Below, piece by piece: positions 18,169 through 27,412 of a stretch of 64,000 nt of DNA (its first letter is position 1; the number at the start of each line of letters is the position of its first letter). Position numbers and translations under genes: made by a program. Source of the DNA: Clostridiales bacterium (GTDB taxonomy: Bacteria > Bacillota > Clostridia > Christensenellales > CAG-138); assembly GCA_019416935.1 (NCBI GenBank), contig DXWI01000003.1:60583-124582 (forward strand), written 5' to 3'. The notes under the pieces are model-generated. The model saw only the letters and a program-made list of their open reading frames with translations, had not been told where the DNA came from and did no database searches.

Positions 18169-20895
18169 TCATTCCTCCACGGTCAGCTTGAGCTCCTCGT
18201 TGAGCTCGTCCTTCATCAGCATCGCGCGCGCGATGTCGAACTTCATCTGGTTGATCTCCGTATCGGACGGAATCTTCTGGTTGACGAGATCGAGCTCGAG
18301 CATCACGCAGACGAGCCGCGCCTCCTCGCTCGGCACGCCGTCGCGCCAGCAGACGAACCACGCCAGCTCCTCCTTCTTGTCGTTACCGATCTCGGCCGTG
18401 CCCGTTTTGCCGGCCATCGTGTAGCCGAGTTTGAAGAAGGAACCCGTCACGATAAAGCTCTCGGTCAGCGTTCTGGCGGTGCCGTTGGGCACGTATGGGC
18501 TGCTCGTACCGCGCTTGCACACGCCCTGCAGCGCCGGACGAAGCTGCTCCACGGTGCTCTGCTGGAAAGCGTGCTTCCACACGCGCGGCTCGGTGCGCGA
18601 AATCTCGGTATAGTCCGTACCGTTCGCGTGCCAGATGGAGTCCACCACATGCGGCACCATGATGTCGCCGCCGTTGGCGAACGCCGATAGGAAGCAGGCC
18701 ATTTGCAGCGGGGAAACGAGGAGCTGTCCCTGCCCGTAGCCCGTCACCGCGAGGTCGTACACGGTCTGTTCGCGCTGCGGCTTGGCCTTGCCGTTTTCAT
18801 CGAGCACGAGGTTGCGGCGGCGGTTTTCATAGTCGATGGACTCGGTGCCGTCCTCATTGGTGTACACCTTTTCCGAATAGATCTGCGGCACCGCCACCTG
18901 CTCCTGCAGCTCAAACTCGATGGCCTCGCGCCAGCCGATGCGGTCGAGATAATCGTAAAACCGCTGCCAGCCCAGCCGGAGCGCGCCATAGGCAAAATAG
19001 ATATTGTCCGATGTGATGATCGAATTCTGCATGTTCATCACATAGCGGTCGTTGTTGCTTCTGGTGGTGTTCTCGGTTCTGCGGATCGGCCGGCCGCCCG
19101 ACACATCGGGATTGGAATAGTCCGGCGCAACGGCTTCCGACGGCGTCCATTCATCGACGTCGACATTCGCCTTTTCCGACTCGGGGAACACATCGTTCAT
19201 GGTCATCGTACCCGTTTCGAGCAGCGCGGCGGCGGTCATGAGCTTGAAGGTCGAGCCCGGAGGATACAGGCCCTGCGTCGCGCGGTTGAACAGCGGCATG
19301 AGATCCGCGCCGTGGGCGTCCTTCTGCTTCAGATACGCCTGCCACTCCTCCTCTGGCATACCGCGGGCAACGTAGTTCAGGTCAAAATCCGGGAACGAGC
19401 TGATCGCCTGAATCGCGCCGTTCGTCGGATTCATCACGACCACCGCGCCATGGATCGTATCGTCGTATACGATCGTGTCGATCACATCCTCCAGCCGCTC
19501 CTGCAATTCCGGAATGATCGTCAGGTGCAGATCCTTTCCGTCCACGGCTTCCGTGCGGTACAGCACGCCGTTCGATGCGCCCGTCACGTCCTGAATATAG
19601 GTGAAGCGGCCGTTCGTGCCGGTGAGCTCGTCCTCATATTCGAGCTCGAGACCGTACTTACCGACCCAGCTGTCGCCGTTGTATCGCGTATCGCCGATCG
19701 TCTCGTAATAGATCTGCTCCTTCTTCGTGATGATCGAGGAATAGCCGATGATATGCGAGAGCGACGAGCCGTACGGATAGTAGCGCGTGGTGCCGTAGTT
19801 GGCCGTATCAAGGCCCAGGCCCTTGATGTCGAGAATGGTCTGGGTCAGCGTTTCGGAAACCTCGTCCGGGAAGAAGGTTTGCAGCTTTGCAAAGTCGTTT
19901 CGCTGGTTGTTCAGCGCCTTCATCACGTCGTCGTACGTCAGCTCCAGCTCCGGAATATTGGCCACGATCTGGGCAAATTCCTCGCGGCTGTTATACCGAA
20001 GGTACGTCTCGTCCTTGGCCGCCGCATCCACCGAGGACGGCACGGCATAAACGGTATAGATGTTCACGTTCTGGGCGTAGGGCACGCCGTCGCAAAGAAT
20101 CTCGCCGCGCTTGGATTGCAGCACGCCAACGCGCACATTGTCGCCCCAGTCCATCATGGGGAAGATGAGCTTTGGCGACCAGTCGATCGTCCAGCGGCCG
20201 CCGTTGCGATTGGCCGTGATCTCCATGTCGTCATAGATCAGGTCGTTGCCGGTCTCCGTTTCATGGCCGGTATGGTAGGTGAGCGTATAGCGGACGATGG
20301 CGATGATGTCGCCGTCCTCCACATCGGACACGCTGTACTCCATGCCCTTGAGCTGCAGTTCCTCGAAAATGCTCTTGTATTTGTTGATAAACTCGGTGCG
20401 GGAGATGGCCTTTTCCACATAAGGGTTGCCCTCGGCGTCCGGCGTGGGCGACGGGGTCGGCACCTCGGTCGGCTCCGGTTCGTCCGTCGGCGCGGCGGTC
20501 GGCGTTGCGTCCGGATCGGGCGTATCGGCTGCGTCCTGCGTTTCCTCCGGGTTCGGCGTTGCATTCGGATCCACCGTCGCGTTCGGGTCTGGCGTGTCCG
20601 TCGGCGCGGGCGTATCCGTGGCGTCCGGGTCGGGCGTATCGGTCACGGCCGGCGTTGCGGTCGCATTCGGGTCCGGCGTGGGCGTCGGGTTGGGAATGAC
20701 CGTCACGCTCGGATCGTCCGCCTTCTTCAGGCTGTCGTCAAGCATATCGTACGCCTGCTCATAGTTGCCCTGCTCGATCAGCTTGAGGAACCGCAGGCAA
20801 TAGTCGCTGCCCGAGGAGATCACCGCGCAGCCACACAGCAGCAGCGGCGTCAGCGCGGTTAGAAGCGCCATGAGCAGCGCGGTCAAACGTTTCAT
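18169..20895 (-). CDS. penicillin-binding protein (class B transpeptidase) with lipoprotein signal and Pro/Thr/Asp-rich spacer
   Basis: Start at ATG 20895 (AGGAGAG RBS). Lipobox LLLCGC. SxxK (GSTFK), SxN (TSDN) and KTG (GKTGTAE) motifs are present. Confidence 0.85.
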   Translation of the reverse strand: MKRLTALLMALLTALTPLLLCGCAVISSGSDYCLRFLKLIEQGNYEQAYDMLDDSLKKADDPSVTVIPNPTPTPDPNATATPAVTDTPDPDATDTPAPTDTPDPNATVDPNATPNPEETQDAADTPDPDATPTAAPTDEPEPTEVPTPSPTPDAEGNPYVEKAISRTEFINKYKSIFEELQLKGMEYSVSDVEDGDIIAIVRYTLTYHTGHETETGNDLIYDDMEITANRNGGRWTIDWSPKLIFPMMDWGDNVRVGVLQSKRGEILCDGVPYAQNVNIYTVYAVPSSVDAAAKDETYLRYNSREEFAQIVANIPELELTYDDVMKALNNQRNDFAKLQTFFPDEVSETLTQTILDIKGLGLDTANYGTTRYYPYGSSLSHIIGYSSIITKKEQIYYETIGDTRYNGDSWVGKYGLELEYEDELTGTNGRFTYIQDVTGASNGVLYRTEAVDGKDLHLTIIPELQERLEDVIDTIVYDDTIHGAVVVMNPTNGAIQAISSFPDFDLNYVARGMPEEEWQAYLKQKDAHGADLMPLFNRATQGLYPPGSTFKLMTAAALLETGTMTMNDVFPESEKANVDVDEWTPSEAVAPDYSNPDVSGGRPIRRTENTTRSNNDRYVMNMQNSIITSDNIYFAYGALRLGWQRFYDYLDRIGWREAIEFELQEQVAVPQIYSEKVYTNEDGTESIDYENRRRNLVLDENGKAKPQREQTVYDLAVTGYGQGQLLVSPLQMACFLSAFANGGDIMVPHVVDSIWHANGTDYTEISRTEPRVWKHAFQQSTVEQLRPALQGVCKRGTSSPYVPNGTARTLTESFIVTGSFFKLGYTMAGKTGTAEIGNDKKEELAWFVCWRDGVPSEEARLVCVMLELDLVNQKIPSDTEINQMKFDIARAMLMKDELNEELKLTVEE

Positions 20896-20936
20896 AAACA
20901 TCTCTCCTGACAATGCGATATTCCCCAACTTGGCTT

Positions 20937-20966
20937 ATTATAACAAACCGGCTCACGGCTTGTCCC
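20937..20966 (-). promoter_or_regulatory. candidate promoter of the PBP gene
   Basis: Minus strand reads GGGACA, 18 nt, TATAAT (20942-20937). Confidence 0.4.
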
Positions 20967-21019
20967 GCGAACCGAAAAAAGTTTATAAAAGTGCCATAGT
21001 TTCCAGTGGCCGCCGCGCC

Positions 21020-21047
21020 AAAAGCCGAAAAACCGCGCCGTGCGCGG
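21020..21047 (-). terminator. rho-independent terminator after the ABC importer operon
   Basis: Minus strand reads CCGCGC ACG GCGCGG followed by TTTTTCGGCTTTT. Confidence 0.5.
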
Positions 21048-21055
21048 CAAATCCG

Positions 21056-21925
21056 CTATGCGCGCACCATCACAAAGCCCTGTGGGCAGGGCAGCACGTC
21101 CACCGGACCGTAGATGCGGGAGAGCGACGCGCGGATCTGCTCGGGCGAGGCGGTGCCAAGCCGGATCTCATCCGCAATCACGCCGTCCTGCAACAGCAGA
21201 ATGCGGTCGCAATAGGCGAGCGCAAAATTCGGGTCGTGCAGCGTAATGAGCCCCGCACACCGTGCGCCGGCAAGCTGCTCGCGCACACGCATGAGCACCT
21301 GATGGCGATTCACAAAGTCGAGCGCGCTGTCCGGCTCGTCCATGAGCATGACCGGCGCATCCTGCAAAATCGCCCGCGCGAGAATGACGAGCTGCTTTTG
21401 CCCCTCGCTGAGCGTGAGAAAATCCTCCCCCGAACGGTCCGGCAGTCCCAGCCGCTCCAGCGTATCGACCGCCTGCTCGCGCATGCGCTGCGTCGGCTGC
21501 GAGAGCAGCGGCAGATGCGCGTTGAAGCCCATGAGCGCCACATCCAGCACGGAGGTGTTGTAGATCGTGCTGTGGCGTTGTGGGATATAGGAGAGATAGC
21601 GCGCGCGGCGGTACTCGTTGAGGCTCGTCACATCCGTCCCGTTCACGCGTACGCGCCCCGCGCCGAGGCGCTTGAGGCCGGCGATGGCGCGCAGCAGCGT
21701 CGTCTTGCCCGAGCCGTTCAGTCCCAGTAGCGCGCAAAACTCGCCCGCGTGCAGGCAGAACGACGCATCGCGAATCACCTGCCGGCTGCCGTAGGCCACC
21801 GCCGCGCCCTCGACCCGAAGCAGCGGCTCCGCGCCGGCGCTTTCCGTTTGCTGTTGTTCCCGCTCCGCGCCGGCAATCTGCTGCCATCCCGTTTCGGCCC
21901 GGTTCTGCCGTCTGCATCCGCTCAT
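21056..21925 (-). CDS. ABC transporter ATP-binding protein (iron-siderophore/cobalamin type)
   Basis: Walker A GLNGSGKTT, signature LSEGQKQ and Walker B VMLMDEP. ATG 21925 forms an ATGA overlap with the permease stop. Confidence 0.85.
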   Translation of the reverse strand: MSGCRRQNRAETGWQQIAGAEREQQQTESAGAEPLLRVEGAAVAYGSRQVIRDASFCLHAGEFCALLGLNGSGKTTLLRAIAGLKRLGAGRVRVNGTDVTSLNEYRRARYLSYIPQRHSTIYNTSVLDVALMGFNAHLPLLSQPTQRMREQAVDTLERLGLPDRSGEDFLTLSEGQKQLVILARAILQDAPVMLMDEPDSALDFVNRHQVLMRVREQLAGARCAGLITLHDPNFALAYCDRILLLQDGVIADEIRLGTASPEQIRASLSRIYGPVDVLPCPQGFVMVRA

Positions 21926-22929
21926 ATCCGCCCCCGCTTTCTGTTGCACATGAAATAGACCAGAAACGGCACGCCCACGAACGTGGTCAGAATGCTGATC
22001 GGCAGCTCCGCGCTGTAGAGCACGCGCGCCAGACAGTCGGCGTACAGCAGCACCGTGCCGCCGATGATTGCGGCGAGCACCGTGGCCGTAAAGCTGTTTC
22101 GCCGGAGGATCAGCCGCGCGATGTGCGGCGCGATCAGCCCAATGAACGTGATCAGACCCGTGACCGAAATCACCGCCGCCACCATGAGCGTCGAGAGCGC
22201 CAGCACCGCCGCGCGCACGGGAACGATGCGCAGGCCGAGCATCCGGCTCTCATCCTCGTCCAGCGCGAGCAGCGCAACCTGCCGCCGGAGCAGGCACAGC
22301 CCGGCCATGGCGAAAAGCACCACGGGCAGCACGGTCAAAAACTTATCGAGCGTAACGCCGCCGAAGCTCCCCATCGACCAGAATTCGATGGCAGCCAGCT
22401 CCTTTTCCGGATCGGCAAAAAACTTGAGCGTCATGATCAGCGCCTGTGCGACCGCGCTGATGACGATGCCGGCGAGCACATACGTCGCGGTGCTGCGGCT
22501 GTTGGTCACCCGCACGAGCAGCATCACAAACAGAACCGCAAGAATGCCGCCGCCAAACGCGCCAAGCGCCACCGTCATGGCCGCGCTGCCCGCCAGCACG
22601 ATCGCGCAGGCCGCGCCCAGATTCGCGCCGCTGGCCATGCCGATAATATCCGGCGCGGCGAGCGGGTTTTTGAAGATCGTCTGGTAGACGCTGCCGGCCA
22701 TGCCGAGCGCCAGCCCCGAAAGCAGCGCCATGAGCGTGCGCGGCAGGCGCAGGGTAAAGAACACGTCGCGCGTGAGCGCCTTCACCTCGCGGCCGGCCAG
22801 CAGATCGATGATCTCCCGCACGGAGATCGGATATTTGCCCACGCAGACGGACAGCAAAAGCGCGGCCCCCATCAGGATGAGGGCCGCTGTCAGAGCGATC
22901 TTCGTTCGTTTTCTTTCCGCGGCTTCCAT
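21922..22929 (-). CDS. FecCD-family ABC permease
   Basis: 335 aa, multi-TM. LRLPRTLMALLSGLALGMAGSVYQTIFKNPLAAPDIIG is the FecCD/BtuC signature region. Confidence 0.85.
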   Translation of the reverse strand: MEAAERKRTKIALTAALILMGAALLLSVCVGKYPISVREIIDLLAGREVKALTRDVFFTLRLPRTLMALLSGLALGMAGSVYQTIFKNPLAAPDIIGMASGANLGAACAIVLAGSAAMTVALGAFGGGILAVLFVMLLVRVTNSRSTATYVLAGIVISAVAQALIMTLKFFADPEKELAAIEFWSMGSFGGVTLDKFLTVLPVVLFAMAGLCLLRRQVALLALDEDESRMLGLRIVPVRAAVLALSTLMVAAVISVTGLITFIGLIAPHIARLILRRNSFTATVLAAIIGGTVLLYADCLARVLYSAELPISILTTFVGVPFLVYFMCNRKRGRI

Positions 22930-22940
22930 ATACGGAGAGT

Positions 22941-24035
22941 TTACTTCGTTACCAGCGCCGCGTCAACCTCTGCACCATAGAATTCACGGTAAAATGCCTG
23001 CACCTCCGCTTGGAACGCGTCAAACGGCGCAACATCCTCGTGCAGTACGGAAAGCAGCCAGCCGGTGCCGAGAATGCCGGACGGCACGGGCGAATCCCAC
23101 GCCTCAAAGCCGGTCGGCATCGCGTAGACCGCGCCGTTCTGAACGGCGGGTAGCTGAGAAAGCTGCGCATCGGCAAGCAGCTCGTCCTTCGTATAGCTCG
23201 CCTCAGCCGGAATGACGATCACGTCCGGCTGCATGGCGAGGAGCTGCTCATAGGAAACCTCCGTCCAACTGTCGCCCTCGATACCGGCGGCCGCGTTCAT
23301 GCCGCCGGCCGCTTCGATCAGCGACGCCTGATACATATCCTTCGGCGCGGTGGAGAGATACGACGAATTGCCCGCCATATACACCACCGGCTTGTCCAGC
23401 CCCTCGGTCAGCTTTGCCGCGTCGGCGAGCGCCGCATCATAATAGACGACGAGCGCCTCCGCACGCTTCTGTGTTCCGGTTGCGGCGGCGATGAGGCTCA
23501 GCATCTCCACGAGCTGCGTATGGCTTTCCGGGTTCACGAGCAGCACCGGAATGCCAAGGCCGCCGAGCGTTTCTGCGGCGTCCTTGAGCTTCTTCGGCAG
23601 GATGACCAGATCCGGCTCGAGCGCGATGCAGCCCTCGAGATCGAATTCCTTCGCGGTGCCGACATTGGGCAGCTCGATGAGCGCGGGCGCGGCCATGGCA
23701 TAGATCGGGCGGGACTTCGCCTTTGCCTCGATGCCGACCAGCCGGTCGGTCAGGCCGAGCGCAATGCAGGCCGAGCTCGAGATATAATAGCCGCTTACGA
23801 TGCGCTGCGGCTCGCCCTCGATCGTCACCTCGCGGCCGGCCTGATCCGTCACGGTGACGGCGGCCGCCGGCTGTGTGGTCGGTTCCGGCTGTGCGGTCGG
23901 TTCCGCAGTCGCCTGCGGTTCTGCGGTGGGCGCCTCGGTCGCGGACGGTTTCACGGCGGGCGCGCACGCCATGACGCCGAGGAGCATCAGGGCGACAAGC
24001 AGCGCGGACAGCGCGCTGAATAAACGCTTTTTCAT
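22941..24035 (-). CDS. ABC substrate-binding lipoprotein (periplasmic-binding-protein type 2, iron/B12 family)
   Basis: Start at ATG 24035 (GGAAAGGAAG RBS). Lipobox VMAC, then a PT/PE-rich linker. PDLVILP and PDVIVIPAE blocks are typical of FhuD/BtuF-like binders. Confidence 0.8.
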   Translation of the reverse strand: MKKRLFSALSALLVALMLLGVMACAPAVKPSATEAPTAEPQATAEPTAQPEPTTQPAAAVTVTDQAGREVTIEGEPQRIVSGYYISSSACIALGLTDRLVGIEAKAKSRPIYAMAAPALIELPNVGTAKEFDLEGCIALEPDLVILPKKLKDAAETLGGLGIPVLLVNPESHTQLVEMLSLIAAATGTQKRAEALVVYYDAALADAAKLTEGLDKPVVYMAGNSSYLSTAPKDMYQASLIEAAGGMNAAAGIEGDSWTEVSYEQLLAMQPDVIVIPAEASYTKDELLADAQLSQLPAVQNGAVYAMPTGFEAWDSPVPSGILGTGWLLSVLHEDVAPFDAFQAEVQAFYREFYGAEVDAALVTK

Positions 24036-24071
24036 ATTCGTTCTTCCTTTCCGTGTATAACGCTTTTCTTT

Positions 24072-24100
24072 AGAATACCGCTTTTCGCCGTGCCTGTCAA
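24072..24100 (-). promoter_or_regulatory. candidate promoter of the ABC importer operon
   Basis: Minus strand reads TTGACA (24100-24095), 17 nt, TATTCT (24077-24072). Confidence 0.4.
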
Positions 24101-24212
24101 CCGGTACACGCGCAAGAAGACCGCCGCCGCCGCATAGAATAGAGCGGCGCCGGTATAGATCGGCAGCCGGATGGTTCATTCATTTGTGCGGATACGAAGG
24201 GGGATACCGTAT

Positions 24213-24815
24213 ATGTCGTATATCTTTTCCGTCATGCTCGTGAGCGGCGTGCTCACGCTCCTCGTGCGCGCGGGCGGCGACGCGGTCACCGCCTCGATGC
24301 TTGCCGGCGCGGGGGAGGCCGTTTCACTGTGCCTCGAGCTGGCCGGGGCTTACCTGTTGTTCATGGGTATGCTCGGCATCGCGCGGCGCGCCGGGCTCAT
24401 GGAGGCCATGTCGCGGCGGCTCGCGCCCGCCATACGGTGGCTGTTTCCGAACGCGCGGGATGCGTCCGGCCCGATCACGCTGTGCTTTGCGGCTAATATG
24501 CTCGGCATGGGCAATGCGGCCACGCCATTCGGGCTCGAGGCCATGCGCGCGCTCGAGCGGTACAACCCGCACCCCGGCGTTGCGACCGTGGAGATGTGCG
24601 TGCTCATTGCGGTCAACGGCTCGGCGCTGCAGCTCCTTCCGACCGGGCTGCTCGCGCTCCGGCAGGCGGCGGGCAGCGCTGCGCCCGCGGTGGTCGTGCT
24701 GCCGTCATTGATCGCCTCCGCCGTGAGTACGGCCGTGGCCATCGTTCTCTGCCGGTTTTATATGCGAAGGGAATCCGCCAGGCGTGTCCGCCACGCTGCG
24801 GGCGTGCGCGTATGA
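24213..24815 (+). CDS. spmA: spore maturation protein A (nucleoside-recognition-domain membrane protein)
   Basis: MSYIFSVMLVSGVL... multi-TM protein. FAANMLGMGNAATPFGL motif. GGGGGA RBS. Paired with spmB through an ATGA overlap. Confidence 0.75.
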   Translation: MSYIFSVMLVSGVLTLLVRAGGDAVTASMLAGAGEAVSLCLELAGAYLLFMGMLGIARRAGLMEAMSRRLAPAIRWLFPNARDASGPITLCFAANMLGMGNAATPFGLEAMRALERYNPHPGVATVEMCVLIAVNGSALQLLPTGLLALRQAAGSAAPAVVVLPSLIASAVSTAVAIVLCRFYMRRESARRVRHAAGVRV

Positions 24816-25330
24816 GCGTGAGTGCGGCCATTCTGCCGCTGTTGTTCGTGGCGCTCATCGTGTATGCGCTCATCCGGCGCGTGGACGTGTATGAAGCGTT
24901 CGTCGAGGGCGTGGCCGAGGGTCTGCCGGTGCTTCTCAAAATCCTGCCCTATCTGGCCGGAATGCTCATCGCCATCCGCACGCTGCGCGACAGCGGCCTG
25001 ATCGACCGGCTGGTATCGCTGCTCGCGCCCGCCAGCAGCCGAATCGGGCTCGACGCGGCGCTCCTGCCGCTGCTGCTGCTGCGCCCGTTTTCCGGCAGCG
25101 CGGCAATGGCGTCGCTCGCGGATATCTTCAACCAATATGGCGTGGACTCCATGATCGGCTATACCGCAAGCGTGCTCATGGGCAGTTCGGAAACGATCTT
25201 CTATGAGGTGGCGCTCTATTTCGGGGCCATCGGGGTCAAAAAAACGCGCTTCGCGATTCCGGTCTCGCTGGCGGCCATGGCCGCGGGTGTGATTGCCTCG
25301 CTCATCATCTGCTCGGTGTTCTTCTCGTAG
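24812..25330 (+). CDS. spmB: spore maturation protein B
   Basis: 172 aa from ATG 24812. LLRPFSGSAAMA ... MGSSETIFYEVALYFG are typical SpmB blocks. Confidence 0.75.
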   Translation: MSVSAAILPLLFVALIVYALIRRVDVYEAFVEGVAEGLPVLLKILPYLAGMLIAIRTLRDSGLIDRLVSLLAPASSRIGLDAALLPLLLLRPFSGSAAMASLADIFNQYGVDSMIGYTASVLMGSSETIFYEVALYFGAIGVKKTRFAIPVSLAAMAAGVIASLIICSVFFS

Positions 25331-25336
25331 CGCGCC

Positions 25337-25600
25337 TCACCGTCCGGCTTTGATGCGCTCGATCTCGCTTTGCAGCGCCTCTCCCATCCGCTCCAGCGCG
25401 GCGGCCATTTCAAGGATGTCCGCATCGGCAAGGCTGCCGCCCGCGTCAAGCCGCGCCAGCGCCAAATCGCCCAGCTGCTCCCGCGCGGCCAGATATTCCC
25501 TGCAAATTTCGGTTTCGCTTAGGCGCGCCCGCTGCGCCCTGGTCAGCTTGGCGTCAAAATCTTCGACGTGGATGAATGGCAGGATCTTCGACATGGGCAT
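25337..25600 (-). CDS. hypothetical small protein
   Basis: 85-87 aa. AAGGAG RBS (the second ATG at 25594 has better spacing). Helical, charged sequence with no family recognised. Divergent from the XRE gene. Confidence 0.4.
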   Translation of the reverse strand: MPMSKILPFIHVEDFDAKLTRAQRARLSETEICREYLAAREQLGDLALARLDAGGSLADADILEMAAALERMGEALQSEIERIKAGR

Positions 25601-25612
25601 ACTCCTTTATGC

Positions 25613-25705
25613 GATATATCCCGTATTATATCACATTTTCGATTGTGCGATATATCCCATGCAAGCGGATGCAATTCCATCTACACTGAATTTGTGTGAT
25701 ATATC
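25613..25705. promoter_or_regulatory. three copies of the palindrome GATATATC (candidate XRE operator set)
   Basis: G(C/T)GATATATCC(C/G) occurs at 25613-25620, 25649-25656 and 25698-25705. All lie in the 123-bp divergent intergenic region. Confidence 0.4.
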
Positions 25706-25723
25706 CGCAATCGGGGAGAGGCC

Positions 25724-25966
25724 ATGAACGCAAAGGACGCCGTTGGTTTGAGAATATTGGAGTTATGCCGTGAGCGCGATCTTGCGGTGAACGGCCTCGC
25801 CAATCTGGCCGGTATTGCCCCGTCCACCGTTTACAGCATGCTGAACAGCAAGAGCCAGAATCCCGGCGTCGTGTCCATTCAGAAGATTTGTGACGGGCTG
25901 GACATCTCCGTGCGCGCCTTTTTCGACTCGCCGCTCTTTGAGGGGCTTGAGCAGGAGATACGCTAA
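25724..25966 (+). CDS. XRE-family helix-turn-helix regulator (paralog 1)
   Basis: 80 aa. RILELCRERDLAVNGLANLAGIAPSTVYSML is a Cro/C1-type HTH. Confidence 0.8.
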   Translation: MNAKDAVGLRILELCRERDLAVNGLANLAGIAPSTVYSMLNSKSQNPGVVSIQKICDGLDISVRAFFDSPLFEGLEQEIR

Positions 25967-26139
25967 TCGCCTTTTCTTTCCTTCCTTTTCTATAGAAAAA
26001 TAAGGAAGCGAAAAGAGACCACGCAAATCTTTGCGCATCGGGGCTTTGACAATTGGTCGATGTTCGCCGGTTTGCCGCACATATGGGTGCGCCAAACGGG
26101 TATTTTTGTTTGTCCGCAACCTTCCGTAACGCATTTTGC

Positions 26140-26167
26140 CATATATGGTCCAAAAAGTCCATATATA
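26140..26167. promoter_or_regulatory. two copies of CATATAT(G/A) upstream of the second XRE paralog
   Basis: CATATATG at 26140-26147 (a perfect palindrome) and CATATATA at 26160-26167. Both lie in an AT-rich spacer. Confidence 0.3.
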
Positions 26168-26233
26168 GACCTCATTCCGTTTAAGGAAACGATACACTTT
26201 CATTGATATCGCTTCATCAATAGAGGTGTAGGA

Positions 26234-26476
26234 ATGGATGCAAGAGGTGCGGTCGTGCAGCGGATTCTTGAATTGTGTCATAAGCGCAACCTGTCCATCA
26301 ACGGGCTTGCCGCGCTTGCCGCAGTTCCACCCTCCACTCTGAAGAACATTATATACGGCGTCAGTCACAACCCCGGTATTGTCACGATCAAATTGTTATG
26401 CGATGGACTGGATATTTCATTGGCGGAGTTCTTTGATACGGAAGTGTTTCATCAGCTGGAACAGGAAATGCGATAG
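26234..26476 (+). CDS. XRE-family helix-turn-helix regulator (paralog 2)
   Basis: 80 aa, collinear with paralog 1. Roughly half the positions are identical by eye, and the C-terminal CDGLDIS..FFD...LEQE.R block is shared. Confidence 0.8.
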   Translation: MDARGAVVQRILELCHKRNLSINGLAALAAVPPSTLKNIIYGVSHNPGIVTIKLLCDGLDISLAEFFDTEVFHQLEQEMR

Positions 26477-26490
26477 TTTCCTTAATAAAT

Positions 26491-26518
26491 AGCGTCGAAC
26501 CATACATGGTTCGACGCT
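26491..26518. terminator. hairpin between convergent XRE gene and deoD
   Basis: AGCGTCGAACCAT AC ATGGTTCGACGCT, perfect 13-nt arms. There is no clear U-tract. Confidence 0.45.
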
Positions 26519-26554
26519 GTAGTATGAAAACGAAGTTTTTTGACGGCCTGCGCC

Positions 26555-27271
26555 CTACGCGATGGTCAGGGCGACCTGCATCATATCATGGAACGCGGTC
26601 TGGCGCTGCTCCGGCGTGGTGATCGAGCCGGTTTCGAGCAGGTCGGAGATCGTGCAGATGCACAGCGCCTTCTTGTGCGCGCGCGCCGCATTGGCGTACA
26701 GCGCCGCGGACTCCATCTCCACCGCGAGCGCGCCCAGCTTGCGCCACTCGAGCGTGCCGGGGATGCCGCTCTCGCCATAGAACACATCGGAGGAGAGCAG
26801 GTTGCCGACCTTGTAGCGAAGGCCGCGCTTTTCGCACTCGTCTGCGGCGGCGCGCAGCAGCCCAAAGTCCGCGATCGGCGCATAGGTGCCGCGGCTGATG
26901 AACTGCGACGTATAGTTGGAATCGGTGCACGCGCCCTGCCCGAGCACGATGTCAAACAACTGCAGATCGGGGTCAATCGCGCCGGCGGAGCCGATGCGGA
27001 TGATCTGCTCCACGCCAAAGAAGTGGAACAGCTCGTACGAATAGATGCCGATGGACGGCATGCCCATGCCGCTGGCCATCACGGACACGCGCTTGCCCTC
27101 AAAATAACCGGTATAGCCCTGCACGCCGCGGATATTATTGACCAGTTCGCGGTCGGTCAGGTAGGTTTCTGCGATAAATTTTGCGCGCAGCGGGTCGCCG
27201 GGCATCAGAACGGTTTTGGCAAAGTCCTCCGGCGCACAGGCGATGTGCGGGGTCAGGTTGGCGTTGGTCAC
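26555..27271 (-). CDS. deoD: purine nucleoside phosphorylase DeoD-type
   Basis: 238 aa from GTG 27271 (GGAGGA 6 nt upstream). TPHI...VLMPGDPLRAKFIAETYL...MASGMGMPSIGIYSYEL...VEMESAALY...ICTISD aligns along its whole length with E. coli DeoD from memory. The 663-aa track ORF is a read-through artefact. Confidence 0.9.
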   Translation of the reverse strand: MTNANLTPHIACAPEDFAKTVLMPGDPLRAKFIAETYLTDRELVNNIRGVQGYTGYFEGKRVSVMASGMGMPSIGIYSYELFHFFGVEQIIRIGSAGAIDPDLQLFDIVLGQGACTDSNYTSQFISRGTYAPIADFGLLRAAADECEKRGLRYKVGNLLSSDVFYGESGIPGTLEWRKLGALAVEMESAALYANAARAHKKALCICTISDLLETGSITTPEQRQTAFHDMMQVALTIA

Positions 27272-27350
27272 TGCAATTCCTCCATCCATTTTTGTTGGCA
27301 TGTTTTTTGCATGCGTGCATATTTTCTTGTTCAGTATACCAAAAATGGCC

Positions 27351-27379
27351 TTGACAGGCAATCGGACTTGCTTTATATT
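27351..27379 (+). promoter_or_regulatory. candidate sigma-A promoter of asnA
   Basis: TTGACA (27351-27356), 17 nt, TATATT (27374-27379). Confidence 0.55.
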
Positions 27380-27412
27380 AAAAAAATATATTATATAATC
27401 GTGGAGGTAACT

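Noticed and set aside
18703-20862. 719-aa plus-strand ORF opposite the PBP gene. Similar long antisense ORFs lie at 13642-15099, 15516-17138, 30202-33174, 33238-35319, 38049-39752, 45723-47150, 48161-49447, 51916-53322, 53711-55555 and 62859-63830.
   Set aside because: Their translations are Arg/Gly/Ala/His-rich with no recognisable motifs. Each lies exactly opposite a gene with clear family signatures and an RBS. They are high-GC shadow ORFs.
24036-24212. Possible cobalamin riboswitch in the leader of the B12/iron-type ABC importer
   Set aside because: I read both strands and found no B12-box-like element and none of the conserved GGTG..AATCC/GCCACTG-type blocks. Only a promoter-like TTGACA-17-TATTCT was found. 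A covariance-model scan (Rfam RF00174) would be decisive.
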